DNA of 64,000 nt, from the NCBI GenBank assembly GCA_964016885.1, contig OZ024762.1, positions 23,870,001-23,934,000 of the forward strand, read 5' to 3'. The notes beneath the pieces are model-generated. The model saw only the letters and a list, made by a program, of their open reading frames with translations. It made no database searches and was not told the origin of the DNA. Of this stretch, positions 55,645-64,000 are shown piece by piece (the first letter of the stretch is position 1; each line of letters starts with the position of its first letter). This DNA is from Eledone cirrhosa (Eukaryota). The position numbers and the translations under genes were made by a program.

Positions 55645-57268
55645 GTCTACATCTGTTTTCTACATACATCTGTTTTCTACATCTCTCTACTACATCTCTC
55701 TACTACTACATCTGTCTTCTACATCTGTCTATATACATCTGTCTACTACATCTGTCTACTACATCTGTCCACTACATCTGTCCACTACATCTGTCTACTA
55801 CATCTGTCCACTACATCTGTCCACTACATCTGTCTACATACATCTGTCTACTACATCTACAACTACATCTGTCTACTACACCTGTCTACTACACCTGTCT
55901 ACTCCATCTGTCTACTCCATCTGTCTACTACATCTGTCTACTACATATGTCTACATACATCTGTCTACTACATCTGTCTACATACATCTGTCTACTACAT
56001 CTGTCTACATACATCTGTCTACTACATATGTCTACATACATCTGTTTACTACATCTGTCTACTACATCTGTCTACATACATCTGTCCACTACATCTGTCT
56101 ACTACATATGTCTACATACATCTGTCTACTATATCTGTCTACATACATCTGTCCACTACATCTGTCCACTACATCTGTCTACTACATCTGTCTACTACAT
56201 CTGTCTACTACATCTGTCTACTACATCTGTCTACTACATCTACAACTGTCTACTACATCTGTCTACTACATCTACTACTACATCTGTCTACTACAACTAC
56301 ATCTGTGCACTACATATGTCTACTACATCTGTCTACTACATCTGTCCACTACATCTGTCTACTACATCTGTCCACTACATCTGTCTACTACATCTGTCTA
56401 CTACATCTGTCTACTACATCTGTCTACTACATCTGTCTACTACATATGTCTACATACATCTGTCTATTACATCTACAACTACATCTGTCTACTACATATT
56501 TCTACTACATCTACAACTACATCTGTCTACTATATCTGTCCACTACATCTGTCCACTACATCTGTCTACTACATCTGTCTGCTCCATCTGTCTACTACAT
56601 CTGTCTACTACATCTGTCCACTACATCTGTCTACTACATCTGTCCACTGCATCTGTCTACTACATCTGTCTACTACATCTGTCTACTACATCTGTCTACT
56701 ACATCTGTCCACTACATCTGTCCACTACATCTGTCCACTACATCTGTCCACTACATCTGTCCACTACATCTGTCCAATACATCTGTCCAATACATCTGTC
56801 CAATATATCTGTCTACTACATATGTAGTAGACATATGTCTACTACATCTGTCCACTACATCTGTCTACTACATATGTCTACTACATCTGTCTACTACATC
56901 TGTCTACTACATCTGTCTACTACATCTGTCTACTACATCTGTCTACTACATCTGTCCACTACATCTGTCCACTACATCTGTCTACTACATCTGTCTACTA
57001 CATCTGTCTACTACATCTGTCCACTACATCTGTCCACTACATCTGTCTACTACATCTGTCCACTATATCTGTCCACTACATCTGTCCACTACATCTGTCC
57101 ACTACATCTGTCTACTACATCTGTCTACTACATCTGTCTACTACATCTGTCCACTACATCTGTCCACTACATCTGTCTACTACATCTGTCCACTACATCT
57201 GTCTACTACATCTGTCCACAACATCTGTCTACTACATCTGTCTTCTACATCTGTCCACTACATCTGTT
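55645..57268. repeat. 13-bp minisatellite ctacatctgtc(t/c)a, over 100 copies
   Basis: Direct inspection. Confidence 0.97.
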
Positions 57269-57439
57269 ATCTACATTCAAGTTCTCTCTGAACTATCTTG
57301 TCTTCTATTATCTCCCCTTTGTATTTACCAAGTAGTATTCTGATTAATTAATTAACTTGGTCATAAATTAATTAGTTAGTTAATTATGTTATCACTTCTT
57401 GAATTAGCAACACATTGTAAATTAAACACACTCACACAT

Positions 57440-57640
57440 ATCTGTGTAAATATATATCTATATATGTGTGTATGTATGTGTGTGTAGATATCTGTGTAAA
57501 TATATATCTATATATGTGTTTGGATATATATATATATGTCTGTTTGTCTAATAATGTATGTGTGTGTGTATATATGTGTGTGTGTATATATATATGTGTG
57601 TATGCATGTGTATATATGTGTGTGTAGATATGTGTGTGTG

Positions 57641-57678
<38 letters not shown>

Positions 57679-57753
57679 TAAATATATATAATGTATGTGT
57701 GTATATGCATGTGTATATATGTGTGTATAGATGTGTGTAAATATATGTGTGTG

Positions 57754-57807
<54 letters not shown>

Positions 57808-57958
57808 AATATATATAATGTATGTGTATATATGTGTGTAAATATGTGTATGTGTGTGTGTGTATATATATATGTGTGTGTGTGTGTGTATATATATATA
57901 AATATAATGTATGTGTGTATATGCATGTGTATATATGTGTGTATAGATATGTGTGTAA

Positions 57959-58003
<45 letters not shown>

Positions 58004-58182
58004 TATGTATGTGTGTGTGTATATATATATAAATATATATGTGTGTGTGTATATGCATGTGTATATATGTGTGTATAGATATGTGTGTAAATATATGTGT
58101 GTGTATGTGTGTGTGTATATATATATATGTATGTGTGTGTATATATATATATATAAATATATATAATGTATGTGTGTATATG
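57440..58182. repeat. TA/TG microsatellite
   Basis: Direct inspection. Confidence 0.9.
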
Positions 58183-58489
58183 TGAGACGACACTGAGTAG
58201 CAGACGAATCTCTGATTAACTAATTATTAACGATGTTATTATATGGTTGTTAATAGTAATGAACCATTATGTTAATTAGCAGGATATCAGATACCTAGTG
58301 GTGGTTATGGTGGGGAGGGGTGTTAAAGGGGGTGTAGAGAAGATGGCTGTTGGTGGGGAGAGGTGTAGAGGAGGTGGCGATTGTATAGGGTATAGGGAAG
58401 GAATTGTTGTAAGTCAACTTGTTTCGTCACATTACTGCGAAGGGTTGTATTATGCCGTAATATAAAAGACATGTCTATTTCCCATGCTT

Positions 58490-59090
58490 GGGTGTGGCAG
58501 ACTTGTTAGGATGTCGGATAGAATGCTTTGTAGTATTCGTTTTGACTCTGATCTCTTAGTCCAAATTCCACCAAGATCAACTTTGCCTTTCATCCATTCA
58601 GGGTCGATACAAAATCTACCAGTCAAATACTGGGGTCAATTCTTCCCCTATGTCTCTCCTTGCTTCCTTTCTCTCACTCGCTATCCTTCTCTCGACGAAA
58701 TCTACTATATTCAGATTTGGAGAGGAGAAAGGCTTCTGTACTATCTCAGTCCACATCCTGCCGAGGTCAACTTTGTCTTTCATCTATTTCAGGTCAATAC
58801 AAAATGTACCAGTCAAATACTGGGGTTGATTCTTCCCCTATGTCTCTCCTTGCTTCCTTTCTCTCACTCGCTATCCTTCTCTCGACGAAATCTACTATAT
58901 TCAGACTTGGAGAGTAAATGGGCTTCTGCACTATCTCAGTCCACATCCTGCTGAGATCAACTTTGTCTTTCATCTATTTCAGGTCAATACAAAAAGTACC
59001 AGTCAAATACTGGGGTTGATTCTTCCTCTATATCTCTATATCTCACTTTCTATCTTTTTCTAGATGAAATCTATTGTATTTAGACTTAGA
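58490..59090 (+). mobile_element. Diverged SINE B-related tandem repeat (190-bp period, ~3 units)
   Basis: agtcaaatactgggg at 58621, 58811 and 59001. Confidence 0.8.
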
Positions 59091-59218
59091 CTCCACCAGG
59101 TTTAATAATAATTAGCCCAAGAAATGCCATCTCTCAATGTCGCATCCCTGTGACTCTCTCAAGTGTTACAGGTAGCATACATAGATAGGTTGGATGGGTT
59201 GTCACATACTGAAACTAG

Positions 59219-59441
59219 CCCTTTAGCTTTTAAATTGACCTTATCTGCCAGAATCCTCTCACCTCTTTCTGTTCAAACTGGCCATAACTGGCCCCTCATA
59301 CTTATGTTAAGGTATTGTTCTCAAAAATAAATAATATCAAAATCTCTTAGATTCAATGTAATGTGAGATAATTATGTGAAATAAAGTGTTTACCATAAAA
59401 ATACAATAGTATATATATAGAGAAATGTAAATGCTAAAGGG
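59219..59441. mobile_element. piggyBac-type MITE with non-TTAA flanks (CTAG / CTAC)
   Basis: CCCTTTAGC ... GCTAAAGGG termini; body matches the family. Confidence 0.75.
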
Positions 59442-59580
59442 CTACACAGGTCTGGTGACCATATCTTTCTCAAATGCTCCATTTGGGGCTTGGTTTCTAA
59501 GGCTGGATGGATGCCCTTCCTAATTTCAACTACATTACAGCATCTACTGAGAGCATTACACCATGACTATATCTCTGAGA

Positions 59581-59765
59581 CAGGGTTTCCCAAACTTTTT
59601 CAAACACGGAACCGTTTTCGGTTCAGAAACTTTTGGGGGAACCCTAAAGTTTAATACTGTTATATGGTCATAATATAAATATACTCCTCTACCTTTTTTC
59701 ACGGAAACCCAGACACTGCTTTGTGGTACCACTGGATTCCACGGAATCCACTTTGGGAACCACTG
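59581..59765. mobile_element. hAT (Charlie-like) MITE
   Basis: TIR CAGGGTTTCCCAAA / TTTGGGAACCACTG; degenerate 8-bp TSD ctctgaga / ctctaata. Confidence 0.75.
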
Positions 59766-59876
59766 CTCTAATATATCAACTGTGTTCAATCTGACCTGGG
59801 GAGGAGATGGGCTCTGCCAAGTTAACCCTTTCGTGGCCGCATTTCTAATGAAATACACTTAATTTTAATTAATTAA

Positions 59877-60378
59877 CCCTTTAGTATTTAAATCAGCCAT
59901 ATCCGGCCAGAATTCTCTCACCCTTTTCAGTTGAAATTGACTGTAACCGGCCACTCAAAATAGATAATATCAAAATCTTTGCCATGAGAATATAATAGTA
60001 TATAAAGAGAGTAATTCATTTCAGTCATTTCATTTTACGTCCACTTTTCCCTGCTTGCAAGGGTGGGACGGGAACTGATGCTGGCTTGATTTCTACAGCT
60101 GGATGCCCTTCCTAACACCAACCTCATTTACAGTGAGTGCTGGGTGCTTTTTTGCCGTGGCACCTCCACGACCACTTTGCAGTGGAATGATATGGACCCC
60201 AGTCCCTATCATCTCAGTTTTACAGCTGAGTAAACTGGAGCAATGTGAAATAAAGTGTCTTGCTCAAGGAAACAACACATCACCCGGTCTGAGAATTGAA
60301 CTCACAACCTTTCGATTGCAAGGCCAATGCTCTAACCACTAAGCCATGTGCCTCCATTGTAATGTAAATGCAAAAGGG
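59877..60378. mobile_element. piggyBac-type MITE interrupted by SINE A
   Basis: TTAA flanks and CCCTTT/AAAGGG termini. Confidence 0.8.
60015..60355 (-). mobile_element. Full-length SINE family A
   Basis: Near-identical to other copies. Confidence 0.9.
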
Positions 60379-60767
60379 TTAATGAAGAATTTTGAAGGAT
60401 TATTAATTATTTCATTTCTAAGATAATTGTTTCTACTTTAGGCACAAGGCCAACAATTACCCAGTACATTACTATTAAATGATGATGATGATATACCGGG
60501 TGTTTAAAAAAATTAGATATCATTTGAGATGTACTGTAAATACTTGAATATAAACCAGCCCAAATATAAGCTGACCCTTCCTATTTTATTTCAGAGAAAT
60601 AGGCAAAAATCCTATTTATAAGCCGAGGCAACGAATTAACACATTGTTAAGATGGCATATATAAGCTGCCACCCTGGTCCTCATTTCACCATAGATCTTT
60701 TTTGGTCACATATTCGAGTATAGTGGAGGTACGTGGCCTAGTGGTAAGGGTTTTGGACTTACGATCA

Positions 60768-60950
60768 TAATTGTTTCTACTTTAGGCACAAGGCCAGCAA
60801 TTACCCAGTGCATTACTGGTACTTTATTTTATCGACTCCGTAAGGATGAAAGGCAAAGTCAACCTCGGCGGGATTTGAACTCAGATCGTAAAGGGACGTA
60901 ACTATGCTTGAAAGCATGGCGTCCGACCCTCTACCGATACTGCCAATCCA
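60768..60950 (-). mobile_element. SINE family B
   Basis: Reverse complement of 53540-53720. Confidence 0.88.
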
Positions 60951-61999
60951 AATGTAAGGTTCTTATATCAAATAATGTTGAAAGATTTTAAATTAAGTTG
61001 GAAAACTTTAAAAAGGGTTAAAATTGCCCAAGAAACTCCATAGGTCACTTTGGTCCCTCGATAACACCCCCACGATTTACAGTGAGAGAGGGAGGGTAGA
61101 TCTATACAGTATACAGGTATACATGCACACACACACACATACGTCCACCATCCATACATATATATACATATATACATAATATAACACATATAAAGACATT
61201 TTGTGTCAATTTAGTCCAGTTTTAAGAATATTTGAAACCTCAACAGCAGCTATCAGCACCTCACTCTCTCTCATACTTACACTCTCACACTGTCACTCAC
61301 ACCTACACTCTCACTCTCTCTCACACCTACACTCTCACTCTCTCTCACACCTACACTCTCACTAGTACTCAGTTTACTTTTCACTACCAAAAGCAAACAC
61401 TCACTTCCTCCTTCAAGGACCTGACCTCCCCCTTCTCCCCACTCCCCCTTCGACGACCTGACCTCCCCCTCCACTGACACTTCAGCACACATCAACTAAT
61501 CTGTCCTTGTCACTCTGACATCCACCTTGATACACTCCCCACACCACCACCACCACCCTACCTTCCACCATCACCACCACCCTACTTTCCACCCCACCAC
61601 CACCACCTCTTTACTCTCTATCACTCCACTATCACCCTACTCGCCACCACCCTACTCTCCTCCACCCCACCTTCCACCCTACTCTCCTCCACCCCACCTT
61701 CCACCCTACTCTCACACCACCAACACCACCAACACCACCCCACCATTCTAACCCCCCCCTCCCCACCACCACCACTATACCCACCACTATTCTCATTTCT
61801 GACTGTCATCATGATGTGGGAGATGGGGAGGAGATATCAGATGGTGGTGGTGTGTATTGTGTGGGTGGTTGTGTGTGTTGTACTGTGTCTGTGTGTCTGT
61901 GTGTGTGAGTGTGTGTTTATGCACACAAACACACACACACACACACACACACACATTCAGGTGTGTTTCTAGTGATTTTTTTCTGTGTGGTTGTGTTAA

Positions 62000-62439
62000 T
62001 GCATGTATATGCTTGTGTGTGTGTGTGTGTGTGTGTGTGTATACTTGTGTGTGTATGTGATTCTGTATATGCTTGTGTGTGTGTGTGTGAGTATATATGT
62101 GTATGTATGTAAGTGTATGCTTGTGTGTGTATGTGTTTATATGTATATATATATATGTATGTGTATGCTAGTGTGTGTGCATGCTTTTGTGTACATATAT
62201 ATGTATATACGTGTGTGTATGTATGTATGTATGTATGTATAGGCATATATATGTGTATCTATATGTGTGGGTGTATATATATGTGTATATGTATATATGT
62301 GTGTGTATATGTGTATATATATATGTGTGTATGTATCTCTATATATATGTGTGTGTGTATATATCTCTATATATATATATGTGTGTATGTATATATATAT
62401 ATGTGTGTGCATATATCTCTATATATATATGTGTGTATG

Positions 62440-62470
<31 letters not shown>

Positions 62471-62511
62471 ATATATCTCTATATATATATGTGTGTATGT
62501 ATATATATATA

Positions 62512-62554
<43 letters not shown>

Positions 62555-62599
62555 ATATATCTCTATATATATATGTGTGTATGTATATATATATATATA

Positions 62600-62642
<43 letters not shown>

Positions 62643-62663
62643 ATATATCTCTATATATATGTG

Positions 62664-62714
<51 letters not shown>

Positions 62715-62837
62715 ATATATCTCTATATATATGTGTGTATATATATATATATATGTGTATATATATATATATATGTGTGTGTGTGTATATATCTCTATAT
62801 ATATATGTGTGTATGTATATATATATATATATGTGTG

Positions 62838-62910
<73 letters not shown>
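62000..62910. repeat. TA/TG microsatellite
   Basis: Direct inspection. Confidence 0.95.
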
Positions 62911-63054
62911 AACCATTGCTAATCACCTGAGATGTCCTCTTAAAAGCTTTATCCCATCTGCCTGTTCTGTCAATAGAAATATTTAACATTTTTTGCCCCC
63001 TCGTATTCTTGTTTTTTTCTCCTCTTTGTAAATTTATTGTCCCAATTCTATATT

Positions 63055-63995
63055 CTACTATACTATATAACACTATACTATATACCACTATACTATATAA
63101 CACTATACTATATAACACTATACTATACCACTATACTATATACCACTACACTATATAACAGTCTACTATATAACACTATACTATATAACACTATAATATA
63201 TAACACTATACTATATACGACTATACTATATAACACTACTATATAACACTATACTATATACCACTATACTATATAACACTATACTATATAACACTTTACT
63301 ATATACCACTACACTATATACTACTACAATATATAACACTATACTATATACAACTATACTATATACCACTATACTATATACCACTATACTATATAACACT
63401 ATACTATATAACACTATACTATACTATATAACACTATACTATATAGCACTATACTATATAACACTATACTATATAACACTATACTATATACCACTACACT
63501 ATATAACACTATACTATATAACACTATACTATATACAATATACTATATACCACTATACTATATAACACTATACTATATACCACTATACTATATACCACCA
63601 TACTATATACCACTATACTATATAACACTATACTATATAACACCATACTATATACTACTATACTATATAACACTATACTATATACCATTATACTATATAA
63701 CACTATACTCTATAACACTATACTCTATAACTATACTATATAACAATGTACTATATACCACTGTACTATATACCACTATACTATATACCATACTATATAC
63801 TACTATCACTATATACTGCTATACTATATAACTACATTACTAAACACCATCACTATATAACACTGTACTATATCTTCCTCTCAATTCTATAGAATCCCAT
63901 CACTGAATAATACCATTACTATATAATACCATACTATATCTTTGTCACAATTCTATATACCACCATACTATATACCACTATACTATATAACATCA
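63055..63995. repeat. 15-bp minisatellite tactatata(a/c)cacta
   Basis: Direct inspection. Confidence 0.95.
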
Positions 63996-64000
63996 TCTCT

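Noticed and set aside
55588-57335. 400-570-aa ORFs in all three frames
   Set aside because: 13-bp minisatellite lacking stop codons.

Overview
This is AT-rich eukaryotic DNA, very dense in microsatellites, with no host protein-coding gene I can support. The repeat content (tRNA-derived SINEs, RTE LINE remnants with (ATG)n tails, TTAA-flanked MITEs, abundant (TA)n/(CA)n) suggests an octopod/coleoid cephalopod intron or intergenic region; this is an inference. Almost all long ORFs are translations of simple repeats. The real protein-coding remnants are 5'-truncated non-LTR retrotransposons: RTE, one CRE-like element and one R4/Dong-like 3' end. The most notable hidden signal is a set of short, unrelated elements beside (TA)n tracts. 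These are often inverted-duplicated and carry minimal type I hammerhead ribozyme folds (at least seven sequence families), resembling Penelope-like/retrozyme remnants. Other points of interest: three minisatellites born inside three different non-autonomous transposons, a SINE-LINE pair sharing a 3' end, an inverted templated copy of DNA from 14 kb away, a recursive-splice-site motif and a pre-miRNA-like hairpin. All folds and alignments were done by eye.
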